Positions 1-12,244 of a stretch of 64,000 nt of DNA are shown here, one piece after another (the first letter of the stretch is position 1; the number at the start of each line of letters is the position of its first letter). Made by a program: the position numbers and the translations under genes. Source of the stretch: Cyanophora paradoxa CCMP329 (Eukaryota; Plantae; Glaucophyta). Under the pieces are notes generated by a model that worked only from the letters and a program-made list of their open reading frames with translations, was not told where the DNA came from and did no database searches. Location of the stretch: assembly GCA_004431415.1 (NCBI GenBank), contig QPMI01000198.1, positions 82,740 to 146,739 of the forward strand. Direction: 5' to 3'.

Positions 1-481
1 CTGGACGTGGTGGGGCTGACCTCCAGGCCTCGAGGCCTGGGCACTAGCACGTGCACTTCTCGTAGTGCCGTACTGCGACATGCGGAACTGCGGCGAGCCG
101 CGGCAGAACTGAGCGGAGCGTCGTTGGAAGAAAGCGAGGAAACCTTTAGCAAGGTACCTCGCGGGTGTGGCGGAGGCGCCAGGCGAGCTTCCGTCCAAGA
201 AGTGGTGGCGGCCCCCCTTCTTGAGGCGCAGAATTGCGATCACCTCGCCGGCGCTGTTTCGGAGAGGCGCGCGCGCGCTTCAGCTGCGTGTGAATGATAT
301 CGATGCTCCGGCTGCAGCCCGGCGGGATCCGAAACGGCTGCGCGAGGAGCACGGCCGCTTGCAGGCCTAGGACGCTGCGTTTCGAGTTAGCCGCTGCCTG
401 CGGTACTGCGGCAGCGTGACGGTGCGTGTGCGCGGAGACATCGCCTAGGCTACTGCTAGCGGCGTTGCGTTGAGTGAGCTC

Positions 482-659
482 GAGCGCGGGGTAACTGCCA
501 AGGCGACGCTCGCGGAGAAACTGCCAATGCAACGCTTGGAGCGCGGAGTAACTGCCAAGGCTCAAAGCTGCATAAGCTTTCAGCTTAGGCTGTTGCGACG
601 AAGCAGTGTCAAGGCAGCGACGAGGCAGCGTCGAGGCAGCGACGAGGCAGCGTCGAGGC
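482..659. repeat. Short direct repeats: 23-bp unit x2 (482-504, 539-561) and 11-bp tandem AGGCAGCGWCG x4 (612-659)
   Basis: GAGCGCGG(G/A)GTAACTGCCAAGGC occurs twice. AGGCAGCGACG/AGGCAGCGTCG alternate four times. Confidence 0.8.
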
Positions 660-1205
660 TTAGGAGGGGGGGTCCGAGGGGAGGGGCGGGGGGTAGTTCG
701 AGATAAGAACCGCTTCGGCGATCGTGCTGTCTACCCCGCCGGCTAGAGTCGCTTTGAGTTCAAACCGTATCGCGTACCTCTTTCGATTCGCGTCTTCTGT
801 TCCTAGCTTCCCTTGCGATCATAAATGTACAGCTATAATGGAGGACGCTTCAAGGCCTGCAGCTGTGTGCAGCAGCTGTGTGCAGCAGCTTCAAGGCATT
901 ATGCTATTCAGCAGCAGCGCGATCCGCGCCCGCGCGACTCGGCGCGAGCCGCGACGCGAACAGAGGCGCTCATCGGGCGGGCAACTTGCTCCAGGTTATT
1001 ATGATCAATGCACTAGCTTTAGAATCTGCTTAGGGGTGGCGGTTCACGCGGCGAGCGAGCACACTCAGAGGAGCTCCATTTCAAGCGCAGCGCCTAGCTA
1101 GCAGCCTGCACCCGCGCATAGCAGCACTCGCAGGCCAGAAGCAGAAGCAGCGCATACGCACGTACATCCTCTCGGCGAAGCCCTCGACGCCTCTCAGCGG
1201 CGAAG

Positions 1206-2469
1206 ATGCCTACCTCGAACGTTTCTTTGCCCGAGCTTCCGAGATCCATGCGGATGTTGTCGAATTTCGAGTTCTCGATATTGCCCGAAGAAGACGCTTT
1301 CCATCAGGTGTGCTTGCTGCGTCTACGCGCCGCCGACGGGCCGCCGATCTGACCCCGCGCGCCCCCGCAGGGCCGGGGCGTGTACATCCACCGGTCTCCG
1401 AGCCGCGAGCCGTCGGGCAACGCGCTGCCGCTGCAGGAGCTGCAGCGGGCGACGATCTTCATCTCCCGCCTGCGCGTCGTCATCGTGTACGAGGTCCCCG
1501 ACGACGAGCTCTTCGTCGGGCGGCGCGTCTGGTCCATCCCCTTGGACTGCATCGACGAGGGTGCGCCCGGCCCCCTGGTATCCGCGTACGCGTGCGCGCC
1601 GAGCTGACGGCCGCGCGCGCAGAGGAGCTCGTGACGAGCGGGCAGCGCCCGTTCCTGCGCTTGCGCTCGCACGCGGCCTCGGCGCCGGGCTACTTCGAGG
1701 TCATCTGCGCGATCCCCGACCGAGCGCTCGCCGTCCAGGGCATGATCTACACCTCCTTCGTCATCCTCGGGTGAGCCCCGCCCCGCCCTCCCGCCCGGCG
1801 AGCGTTCCCCCACCGCCGCCGCTGACGCACGCGCGCAGGCGGCTATTCGAGTCGCGCTTCCCGGCGACGCTGGAGACGGTGGAGGTCGAGGAGGGCGAGG
1901 CGGCCGCCCCGGGCCCCTCGTCGGGGGCGGGGGCGAGGACGCCGTCGCCCCGGCCCGCGCCCCGGGGCGGCTCGCCCTGGCCCGACGAGGGCGCCTCGCC
2001 CCGCGAGAAGAAGCCCCGCTCCTCCGCCTCCCCGGCGCCCTCCGCCTTCCCCGCCATCCGCAGCGCCACCGGCTCCCCGCGCGCCTCCCCGACCCACGCC
2101 CACGCCGCCACCGCCCGCCCCGCCTCGCCCTCCCCCGCCTCGCCCTCCCCCGCCTCGCTCCCCCTCGAGCTGCGCCCCGCGCCGGCGCCGGCGCCAACGC
2201 CAGCGCCGGTGGACCCGCTCTACTGCGTCAAGGTGCCCGTGGTGGACGTGGCGACGGGCGAGCTCTGCGTCGCCTCCCGCACCTTCGAGCGGCGCCGCGC
2301 CGCCTTCGTCGACGAGGCCACGGGGCAGGTCTACCTCGCCGAGGAGCAGCGGCCGGCGCCGCTGCGGGCGCCGCGGCAGCTGCCGCACCTCGCGGCGAGC
2401 CGCCTCGCGGAGCGCGGCATGCGGCAGCTCTCCGACCTCTGCGCCCTCTACTCCGCCAGCAGGGCCTAG
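1206..2469 (+). CDS. Hypothetical multi-exon protein (N-terminal beta-rich, possibly PH/GRAM-like domain; Pro/Ser-rich middle)
   Basis: ATG at 1206 (MPTSNVSLPELPRSMRMLSNFEFSILPEEDAFHQ). GT-AG introns at about 1309-1370, 1561-1622 and 1771-1838 join coding-looking segments (ATIFISRLRVVIVYE..VWSIPLDCIDE; FLRLRSH..YFEVIC) to the ORF ending at TAG 2469. Confidence 0.55.
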
Positions 2470-2861
2470 GCCCCGCCGCGCCCATCTGCCATCTCTGCTA
2501 TCGTCATCTTCTAGCGCGCGTGGTTTTGTGCAGTGCAGATCTGATAAGTGTCGCCGATTCGATTTCCGGTCTGAGATACGTACCTTGCACATGGTGTTGT
2601 TGGCGATCATGGCTGAGCTCCCAGTGTAGTGGGTTGTACAGCGCCTTTCATTTTGTCTACAGTCATAGCGTGTACTTTATCCATTTGAATTCGAATCCCC
2701 TCTAGATTTTCTAGTTTAAGTATACATTCTGTACGATACGAACTTGGATTCCGAAATGGAACGGACTCCGATGCAAGATCTGCAAGATCGAACGCGAGCG
2801 GATGCGGGAGGGGTGAGGGGGAGAGGGGAAGGGAGGGGGGGAGGGGGGGGGGAGAAGGAGT

Positions 2862-5800
2862 CTAGGCGACCATGGTCTCTCCCCAGAGGAAGCAGTCGGA
2901 CCCGACGCGGAGCGAGGGGGCCGGGGCCCCGCCCGGCCCGTCGCCCGCCTCCCAGAGGGTCCCCGCCGGCCCCGAGACGGCGGCGAGGCCGCAGCAGCGG
3001 GCGCCGGCCTCGCCGCCCCGCCCGCCTCCGCCAGCGCCGCGGCGAACCAGGGCGGGGCGGCGAGGAGGAGCGCGACGGCGCCGGGGGCGGCCTCGCGGGC
3101 GGCGAGGAGGCGGCAGCGGCGGTGGAGGTCGAGAGCGAGGGCGGCGGCGCGCTCGGGGCCGGCCCCGGCTGCACCCGCGGCAGCGCCACGATCGCCAGGC
3201 AGCGCAGGTGCTCCGCGAGGCCGTGCCTGCCGGGCCGGGGCGCTCAGACGGAGAGCGCCTCGGGCGGGGCGGGGCGGCGCGGGGCGGCACCGGTCGAGGC
3301 GGGGGAGGGCGCCGGCGTGGCGCGTGGCCACCTCCAGCAGCGCGCCTCCAGGATCCGCCGCCTTGGCCGGCCGTCCTGCGCCCCCCGGGGGTGAGCCGGG
3401 CAGACAGGGAGGGGGCATGGGCGGCGAGGCGCCTCCGGGGCGGGGAGGAGGAGGCGGCGGGCGGCGGCGGCGAGGCGGGCCGGCTCGCGCAGGAGGGCCC
3501 CCGCCTCCTCCGCGGGGGCGAGCTCCAGCGGCAGCTGCAGGCCCCGCGAGCGCCCCGCCGGCCCCGGGCCGGGGGCGGGCGGGTGGGCTTTGGCGGGGTG
3601 CGGAGCGCCCCTGAAGAGGGACGCGAGGTCGGGCATCGCGAGGCCGAAGAGCCCCGGCCCCCGCTGCCCCCCCGGCACGCTTTAGGACGGGTCGAGGGAG
3701 GAGCCGGGGAGGGAGGGGGCGCGCCTTGGACTTGGCCGCCGCGTGCCGCTGGAAGACCGCCGCCCCCTCCGCCAGCGACTCCGCCTGCGAGGGGGCGCGG
3801 TGTCGGGGTCGCGGGGGGTACGCGGAGGCGGCGGGGGCGACCTTCAGCTCGAGCTTCTCGAGGGCCTCGCCGCGCTCCGCCGCCCGCCGCTGGGACGTCG
3901 GCGCGGGGGAGGCCGAGGAGGAAGAGGAGGGGGCGGGGGGCACGGGCTTGGGGGCTCCTGGGGCCGGGCGAGGGAGTGGCGGGCGAGGCCCGAGGCGGCC
4001 TGCTGCAGCCGCTGGGGCGCCGCGGAGGCGAAGGAGAAGGCCGCCGCCGCCGCCGCCGCGATCGGCGCCGCCGCCGCCTGCGGCGCGGAGAGCGCCAAGG
4101 CCGGCGGGGGCGGGGCGGCGGGAGCGGGCGGGGCGGGTGCGGGGAGGAGACGGGCTTGGGCCGGGCGCGGAGGCGGGCGATGAGGTCGTCGCTGATGGCC
4201 ACGCGCGCCGCCGCCGGCGCCGTGGCGGGCGGGCGGGCGGGCGGGTCAAGGCGCGTGGGGCGGTCCGCACGGGGCGTCGCGGCCAACGGCTTCTTCGGAG
4301 CGGCCGCCTCCGGCGGCGGTCGCGCTGCGGCAAAGGGACTCGCCCTCAGCGGCAGACGAGAGGCGGAGCGGGCTACGGGCGGCCCCGGCGCACCGGCCGC
4401 CGCCTCCTTCTTCGCGTGGGGGCGAAGGCCGGCCAGGGCCGCCCCTGCGGCAGAGCGGGGCCTCAGCGAGGGAGGAAGGCCGCCGGCTGGCCGGCCGAGC
4501 GTTGGCCGGGGCACACCGACGCGGCTGGCGAGGCTCTTGCGGGGCACCGGCGCCGCGTCCGCCGCCGCCAGTTTGGCCGACTCTGCCGGCGACGCCCGTG
4601 GGCGGCGGGCGTCGCGGGGCGGAGCGGGGGGAGGGCGCACGCTCGAAGGGCCGCGGGCGCTCCTTCTTCTTCTCCGTCGCCTCTGCGGCGCCGCCTCAGC
4701 CCGGCCGGGCGGGGCGGGCAGGCGGGGCGGGGCGGCGCACCCTTCTGCTCTGCCGGGGGCCGCGCCGACGTGAAGAGGCGGGTAGGCGTCTCCTCCGCTG
4801 GCGGGGCCCGCGTGAGGCTGCGGGGGCCGAGCGATGCGACGGGAGGGGCGGGGCGGGGCGGACCCTCGTCCCGCAGGGCCCCCGCCATGACGTCCGAGTC
4901 CGGCGGGGGGGCCGCCCCGGGCCGCCTCGCCCGCGCCCTCCCCGAGCCCGCCGGCGCCTTCTTCGACGCGAAGACGGCCTTCTGCTGCTGCGCCGCCGCC
5001 GCCGCTGCGGGGCGCACGGGGTCCGACGGGCGCGACCTCTGAAGGCTCGGCGGGCGGGGCGGGGCGGGGCGGGCGCACCCTTGCCGCCCTTAGCAGCGAA
5101 CATCCCCTCCTCCTCCTCCTCCTCCTCGCGGTCCTTGTCCTCCTCGCCCTCCTCCTCCTCCTCCTCCTGCTCGGCCTCCTCGAGGGCGAGCCGGGCGATC
5201 TCGGCCTCTAGCCCCGAGGCCCGCCGCCCCGGCCCCTCCTCCTTCTCCTTCTCCTTCGCTTCGCCGGGGACGGCCGCGGCCCCGCGCTCGGCCCGCGGCG
5301 CCTCGTCCTCGTCGACCTGGCGCTTGGAGTTGCGCGGCCGCCGCCTCGGCGCCTGCTCCCCGCCCTTCCTCGTGTCCTCCTTCGCCCCGCCGAAGGGGTC
5401 GGGCGGGGACACCTCCCCGACGCCGACCCGAGGCGTGAGCTTGGGCGGGGGCCCCGCGAACCGCCTCCTCGGCGGCGTAGCGTCCCTCCGCTCGAGGGGT
5501 CCGGGCGGGGCGAGGGGGCGCGCCTCCTCCTCCCGCTCCTGCCTCTCCTGCTCGAAGAAGAAGGCGGCGGCGGCGTCGTCCGCCCAGGGCGCCTCCTCCT
5601 CGTCGACCGCGCGCCTGCTCCAGCGGCGGTGCCTCGCCGGCGCCGCCGCCGCCCTCCGCTCGCCCGCCTCCGCAAGCTCCGCCGCGAGCCCGAACTCCTC
5701 CCGCGCCGGCTGCCGGGCCGCCCGCCCCGGCCCCGCCTCCCGCGCCGGCGACGGCAGGAGGTCCTCCAGCGACTCGGCCTCGGGCGGCGGCGCCCGCTGC

Positions 5801-8041
5801 TGCTGCTGAACCTGCTGCTGCTGGAGCTCCACGGGGGGGAAGTCGAGGAGGCTCGGCGCCGCCTGCTGCGCCTGCGGGGGCCCCGCCGGGGAGAGCCCCG
5901 CCTCGAATCCCCGCTCCTCTTGGGGAGGCGGCGTCGGGCTGGACGCCCGCTGCGCCGCGGGGAGCGCCGCCTGCTGCTGCATCTGCTGCATGGCCTCCTG
6001 CGCGACCCGCTGCGGCTCAGGCTGCGGTGGAGGGGGAGGGCCAAAGTCCTCGCGGCGCAGGGGGGGCGCGAGGGGCGCCTGGAGGCCGGGAGGGGGGAGG
6101 AAGCCCGAGGGGGGCAAGAGCCCCGCTCCGCCACCCCCGCCCCCTCCGAAGTCGTCGGGCGGGGCGCCGCCGCCGCCATCGTCGCCACCGGTGCCGGGGC
6201 CGGGGCCGTCTGCGAAGTCGGCCTCGTCGAAGCCGGCGGCGCGGCGCACGTCCGAGGCGCTCTGCAGCCGCTCCGTGTACACGTGCCGCGTCCTGCGGGG
6301 GCGGTCGGACCACCGAGGAGGGCGCCCCGGGGGGCGATGGGGCCGCACATGGCCTCGACGAGGTCGACGAGGCGCGGGGGAACGTTCCTCTCCGCCGCGA
6401 GTTGCCGCCAGAGGCGCTGCTGGGGCGGCCGCGGCGAGCCCAGCAGCATGCACGCCGCCACCCGCCTGGCCCCGCAAGCTCAGCGGCGCTCTGGAAAGGC
6501 CGAGTCGGGCCCCGGCGGTCCGGCGAACTGGGCACCCGAGGGAGTAGACGTCGGAGTAGGGCCCGGGCTCCGGCGGGTCCTCCACCTGCGCCCCGCCCCC
6601 GCCCGCCTCAGGGGACGCGGCGCCTCCGGGGGGAGCCCCGCGCCTGCTCGGGGGCCGCGAAGTTGGCCGGCCCGACCGACGTGTAGTCGCTCCGGCCCGT
6701 CGTCTGCGGCGGCGTCGGGGGCGCGGGCGGGGCGGGGCGGGGCGCGGACGGTGGCGATGCCGAAGTCGATGAGGAAGAAGCGGGCGGGGCGGGGCCCGGG
6801 CGCCTGGCCCCCGCCCCCCGCGGGGCGGCGGACGATGTTGCTGGGGGAGACGTCGCGGTGCACGAGCCCTGCCGGCCCGTCACGGCGGGGCCGGGCGGCG
6901 TGCGGGCCGGGGGGGCCTCACCCTTGGCGTGGACGTAGAGGAGGGCGTCGGAGAGGTCCTCCAGCATCCCCAGCACCTCCCCGGGGGGGAAGGGGCGCGC
7001 CTGCCCGCCCCGCCGTCCGCAGTCTAAGCGAGGGCGGGGTGCGGGAGGCGGCGGGCGGGGCGCACGGGGCCGCGGTCGGCGAGCTCGCGGGCGACGCTCT
7101 GCCCCTCGATCAGGTCCATCACGTACGCCCTGCCCGGGCCGGGCGTCGGGGGAGCGACGGGGGGAGGAGGGGCACAGGGAGGCGGGCGGGCGGGCGGGGC
7201 GGACCGGCGGCGGTGGAACTCGAAGGCGTCCCAGAGGGCGGGGATGAGCGGGTGCCGCAGCGCCCGCAGCAGCTCCTGCCCGCGGGGCGCCCGTGAGGCC
7301 GGCGAAGAGGCGCGGGGCGGGCGGGCGGGCGCACCTGCTCGCACTCGAAGGAGCCCTCGGCGTACTCCTCTGGTATGCACGAGCGGCCCGCTCCCTTCAG
7401 GCACTTAAGCGCCTTCGCCAGCGGGTCCCGCCCCGCCCCGGGTCCCGCCGCCGCCGCCGCCTCGGCCTCCGCCCCGGACGGCCGCGGCGGTCGCTGGAGA
7501 AAGATGCGTTTCTCCGTGCAGCGGTACGTTGTCGCGAAGGCGCCGTCCCCGAGGCGCTCCCACGCTGCGCGGGGCCGTGAGCGCCGCGGCGGCGCGGCGC
7601 ACGCGCGCCTGGCTGGCATAACGGCGGCGCACCGACGTACTCGCCCTCGCTCCCGCGCGCAGTGAGCGGCGTGCGGCTGCCGTGGCACTCGCAGACACAG
7701 GAGCAGGAGCCGCCGGCCGCCTTCTCTGCATCGTCCCCGCCGCAGCTGCTGTCGCACCGCAGGCAGAAGAGCTGGAAGGCCGGCGCCGCCCCGACGACGA
7801 GTGACCGCGTCTGAGAGGAGGCCGACGACGCGGCTGCAGCAGAGCCCGCGCCGGACCCAGATCCCGCAGAGCCGGCGAGGCTCACATTCCCGTAGCCGCC
7901 GCTCGCCGCACCGGAGGATTCGGCGGAACCTCCAGAGCCCTGAGAAATGCCGTAGCCGCTGGAGACGCGGCCGGTCGAGCCCGCGGACCCCGACCCGCCG
8001 GAGCGGGACAGATAGCCGTAGCCGCTCGACCCGGCGCTCAT
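2862..8041 (-). CDS. Ser/Thr protein kinase (bacterial Pkn2-like catalytic domain) with Gly/Ser-rich, Cys-cluster N-terminus and a long low-complexity C-terminal extension; multi-exon
   Basis: Spliced subdomains: LGDGAFATTY, ALK, FECEQELL, LRHPLIP, YVMDLIEG, YVHAKGLVHRDVSPSNI, FLIDFGIA, GPANFAAPEQ, YSDVYSLG, ERLQSASDV. Subdomain XI runs in frame into the Pro/Glu-rich ORF 4696-6585. The 3' end at 2862 (..CFLWGETMVA*) is less certain and could be a separate gene. Confidence 0.75.
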
Positions 8042-8337
8042 CGCCCGCGTCTCACAGCGCGGGATACGGCTCAGCAACGGATCAAACTGAGGCGCTGGAC
8101 GTATGCATGCGCTGGGCTTCGGCGACCTTGCTTCAGACGCGTACAAGACACAAAACAATTCGGCCCGCTTGAATGCTGCCAATGTGCACGATGTGCACGT
8201 CTACACGCCTTGGATCTGCTCGTCGGCAACGCGATCGGCGCTGCGGTTGTTGGGGTACGCGAATTGGGGGCGGTCACTCAACTCGCTGCGCACGTATACG
8301 CAGCACGTACGCGCTCATTTCACATTGAATACATCGC

Positions 8338-11300
8338 TCACAGGCCGTAGCCGGTGCTGTAGTGGGCCCCCTCGTCGCCCCACGTGTCGTCCAGGAAACC
8401 GGGCTCGAGGGGGCGGGGCGGCGGCGGCGGCTGTTCTCGTGCCGGGGGCGCCGCCTCGCGAGGATCGGGCCCCGGGGCGAACGCCTTCCGCGCGCTGTCC
8501 GGCGCCGGCAGGCGGGCCGAGGGGGGCCCCGAGGCCCGCAGCCCGTCCCCCTCGGGGTGCCCCCGGCGCGCCGAGTAGGGGCCGCTGGCGGACCCCGCGG
8601 GGTACTGGCCGGCCCCGTACTGCGCCGACGGCGCCGCCGGCGGCCGGCCCTGCGAGCCCGAGTGCGCGTACGGCTCCTGCGCCGCCCAGCCTCCGGCCTG
8701 CGCCCCCGGCGCCCAGGAGCCCGAGGCGAGCACCCTGCGCCCGAGCCGCCGTGCTGCAGCGGCGTCGAGCCGCGCGCTGAGGGCGGGCGCGCCGAGGGGC
8801 CGGCGCCGCTGTCGCTCCCGCGGCGCGACGCCGCGCGGCCCGAGCTGCGGGGGCCGTCAGTGCCGGGGGCGCGACGCGCGGGGCGCGCGGCATGGGCGCG
8901 CGCACTCCGGCCCGGCGGCGAAGGCGCCTGTGGAGAGGTACGCGAGGCCGGGCCCGGGCCCTGATTCGTCCTCGTACCCCGCCCCCTCCTGCGGCCCCGT
9001 GGGTCGGCGTGGGCCGGCCGCGTCGACGCGAGGGGTGGGCACGCACGCGCTGCTGGGAGGGGCGCCGGAGGAGGCGAAGCCGCCCGCGCGCCCGCGCCGC
9101 GCGCTCTGCGGCTCCTCCTGCGGGCGGCCCGTGAGCGGGGCTGGTACGGGCGGCTCGGCCCGGCCCGGCCGACCTCCGCGTAGGAGCCCGCGGTGTAAGC
9201 GCGGCCGCGCCGCACGGAGCCGCCGGCCTGCACCGGCGTGGCCGCCTGCTGCTGCCACCCGTCCGGGCGCTCCTCCTGCACCGGGCCGCCGGTCAGCGCG
9301 AAGGGCGCGGCGCCGGCGGCGGGGACGCCCGCGCACCTCGTCGTAGTGCCGCGCGCCGGACGGTCGCGTCCGCTGGGAGCCCTGGCGCCGAGGCCTCAGA
9401 AGGAGAGAGACACTGGCGAGGCGGCAAGGGAGCGCGGGGGCGCACGTCGGTCTGGGCGGAGAAGGGCCCGTGGAGGCGCTCGAGGGCGGCGGCGCGGTCC
9501 TCGGCGCGGGCGGCGCGCTCCTGCAGCGCCGCCTCGCGCCCCCGCGCCTCCTCCGCCGCCCGCTCCGCCGCCTCCGCCTTGGCGCGCGCCGTCGCGAGCG
9601 TCTTCCGCAGCTCCTGCTCCGCCGCCGCCTGCTCCCTCTCCCGCTGCCGCAGCGCGTCCACCTGCGGGACGAGGGGAATGAGCCCCAAAATAGACGCCTG
9701 AAAGCAACGCCACGCGCCTCGGCGGTGCTCCGCGTGACCGCTGGGGCCGCCCCCGGCGCTGCGGCGCTGCGGGCCGGCGTCAGGAGCGGCGGGGGCGGCG
9801 GGGCGGGGCGGTGGGGCACCGGAGCTGCTGCTGGGCGGCGGCGAGCTGCTGGCGGAGCGCGTCGGCGTCGGCGGCGAGCTGCGCCTCCCGCTCCCGCGCC
9901 CGCCCCGCCGCCGCCGCCGACTCGCCCAGCTGCTTCCGCAGCTGCGCCACCGTCGCCTCCAGCTGCGAGGGCCGGGCCGCCGTCAGGGAGCGTCCAGAGC
10001 CGCGAGGGGCAGCGCCGGACCGTGGCGAGGGCCTCGGCGGGGACGCCGGACGAGCCGGACGGCGGCTGGCCCGGGGCCGAGGCCGACGCGGCGGCGAGGT
10101 CCCGCTCCCGCTGGGCCGCCGCGAGGGCGATCCGCAGATCGGCGACCTGCGCCCGCAGCGCCGAAGCCTCTTTCTCCACCGCCTCCAGCCTCCCCTCCAG
10201 CCGCGCTGCGCGGGGCCGCGGCGTGAGTGGCGGGGCCTCGCTGGGAGCGCGCGGCGGGCACCGCGCTCGTCGGCGGCGCGGTTGCGCTCTTCCTGCGCGG
10301 CGGCGACGGCCTCCTGCCACTTGGCCGTCAGCGCCGTCTCCCGCGCCGCCAGCTGCGACTCCGCCTCCCGCAGCTGCGCGCCGCCCGTCGGCCCCGGCTG
10401 CGCGGCGGTGTCGAACGCCCACACGCGGACCTTGGACTGCAGCGCGGCCGCCTCGTTGCGGGCCGCCGCAAGCTCGGGCAGCACGGAGGAGGCCGATGCC
10501 CGCCCCGACGCCGACGCTGGCCGGGAGCCCGGGGCGGGCGCGGCCGGCGACTCGGCTGCCGCTGCGGGCGCGGGGCACCGGCCACCCCAGACGGCGTCGC
10601 CGGCGGCTGCGGAGCCGGGGCGGCGGGCGTCTGCGGGGCGGCGGCGGCTGCGGCCTGCTTCGCGGCGGCGGCCTGCAGCTCCGCCTGCCGCGCGAGCGCC
10701 GTCTCGACCTCCCGCCTCGCCGCCTCCGCCTCCCGCTGCGCCGCCCGCGCCGCCTCCTCCGCCTGCACCCCGTCTCAGACGAGAAAGGGGGGGTTGGCGT
10801 CCCAGCGCACCCGCGTGCGCTCCGCAAAGAGGGCGGCGCTCTCCCAGCGCAGCTCGTTGACGCGGCTCTCCAGCTTCTCGCGCTCCTGCGCCCACTTCGC
10901 CCACTCCTCCTCCGCCCTGCATCGCGCTCAGCGAGCGCCGCATAGAGCGCGAGGGGCGGCCGCACGCTCGGAGGCGCCGCAGGTCGGCGGCTAGCTCCGT
11001 GTTCAGCTCCGTGAGCTTCTTCTCCGCCGCCGCCCGCGCCGCCGCCTCCGCCTGCAGCTCCTCCACTTGCCGCGCCAGGTCCTCCATTCGCGCAACTGCC
11101 GGCATGGCGTCAGAGGCGCGGAGAGAGGGCGATGCAAGGCCCGCTCGCCCGTCTTCTGGTGCTCCCTGTACGTGATCCGCGTGTCCGCGTCCGGCGACGG
11201 GACCGACGCCTTCTCCGCTGCCACAATCGCCACGCGCGCCTTCGCTTCCATTGCCTCGTGCTGCGCCTGCGTCGCCTTCGCTTGCAGTTGCTTCAGCTGC

Positions 11301-12013
11301 GCGAACGTGCGGCGTCAGCTAACGCGGGTCAGCGGGGCCTGGCTGCGCAGCGGTCACCTCTTTCTGTAGGCGCTCGCGGTGCGGAATCCTGACTCGGTCG
11401 TAGGCGTAGCCGTGCGCCCTCGCGATGAGCTCGTCCACCTGCGGCGCGCGGGGTCAGGGGCGCAAGATTCGCACTGGCGCAGCTGGGGCACCTTCTCATC
11501 GTTCAGGCGAGCGCTGTTGACGAGCTCGCGTCTCAGGATTGCAATGGTGACCTCCTGGTCCTTCAGATCTTGCTGTGCGGACCAGCGCATCAGTTCAAGC
11601 GAACCAGACCGCGAGCCCACATGCGCTTGCCTCGAGTAGCTTGATGAGGTTGGATCGCTTGTTCTCCTTGTTCTGTATCTCTGCATCCTTGATGCGCTTC
11701 TCCAACAGCTGGATCGTGCCCATCAACGCCCGGACCTTCTTGTTGTGCACTTCCGTCAGCGCCCTGATCCTGGCCGCTGCCAGCTCTGTGCAGCCAGCGG
11801 GGTTAGCTAGAGCTAAAGAGGCGCTCGAGACGGGTGCGCGCCTCCGCCGAGCATGGCCTCGGCATCTTTCGCTGCATGCGAACCGCTCGCTTCTCTCGGC
11901 TGGCGAGAGCTGCTGGGGCCTGCAATCGCTGCAGAAGGAGTAGCATGCGCGTGCGGTGCCCTTCCCGCGCTTGGCGGGCGGCTCCGCGGGGCGCTGGCCG
12001 GGCGCGAGGACAT
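8338..12013 (-). CDS. Long coiled-coil protein, copy 1 (complete; multi-exon)
   Basis: ATG at 12013 (MSSRPASAPR..). Heptad-rich exons ELAAARIRALTEVHNKKVRALMGTIQLLEKRIKDAEIQNKENKRSNLIKLLE, DLKDQEVTIAILRREL and EDLARQVEELQAEAAARAAAEKKLTELN are separated by short GT/GC-AG introns. Low-complexity C-terminus ends ..HYSTGYGL* at 8338. Confidence 0.7.
8494..12009 (-). repeat. Left arm of a ~3.3-3.5 kb inverted segmental duplication (partner 34714-38007)
   Basis: The reverse complement matches 34714-38007 through exons and introns at roughly 90% identity by eye. Many ORFs in the track appear twice on opposite strands. Confidence 0.95.
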
Positions 12014-12244
12014 TCGAAAATACCCGCCTGGCCCGATTCGAACACGCAGCGTACGGGGGTGTCTGAATTTGATCGCATGCGCAGCTCGAGCTTGCAATTG
12101 ATCATGATCGATATCATGATCATGACCGGCGTCGCGGCCGCGGCCGAGTCGGCGAAGCTCAAGCAGCCTGGCAGTCGATGTACACAACGCGTACGTCAAC
12201 GCGAGCTTGACCTACCAGGCTACCTCCGAAACGCTAGGGTCGAG

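Noticed and set aside
1-470. Possible gene end or transposon fragment at the window start
   Set aside because: The short ORFs have no recognisable motif and no supportable exon structure.
6600-6740. Apparent frameshift in the kinase activation segment
   Set aside because: It is resolved by short introns after DFGIAT (GT donor) and after APEQ (GC donor).
2711-11105. Very long Arg/Pro/Gly/Ala-rich ORFs on both strands (e.g. 2872-4773 +, 5629-7296 +, 9470-10945 +)
   Set aside because: These are shadow ORFs caused by very high GC and few stop codons. The real genes are spliced and lie on the minus strand.
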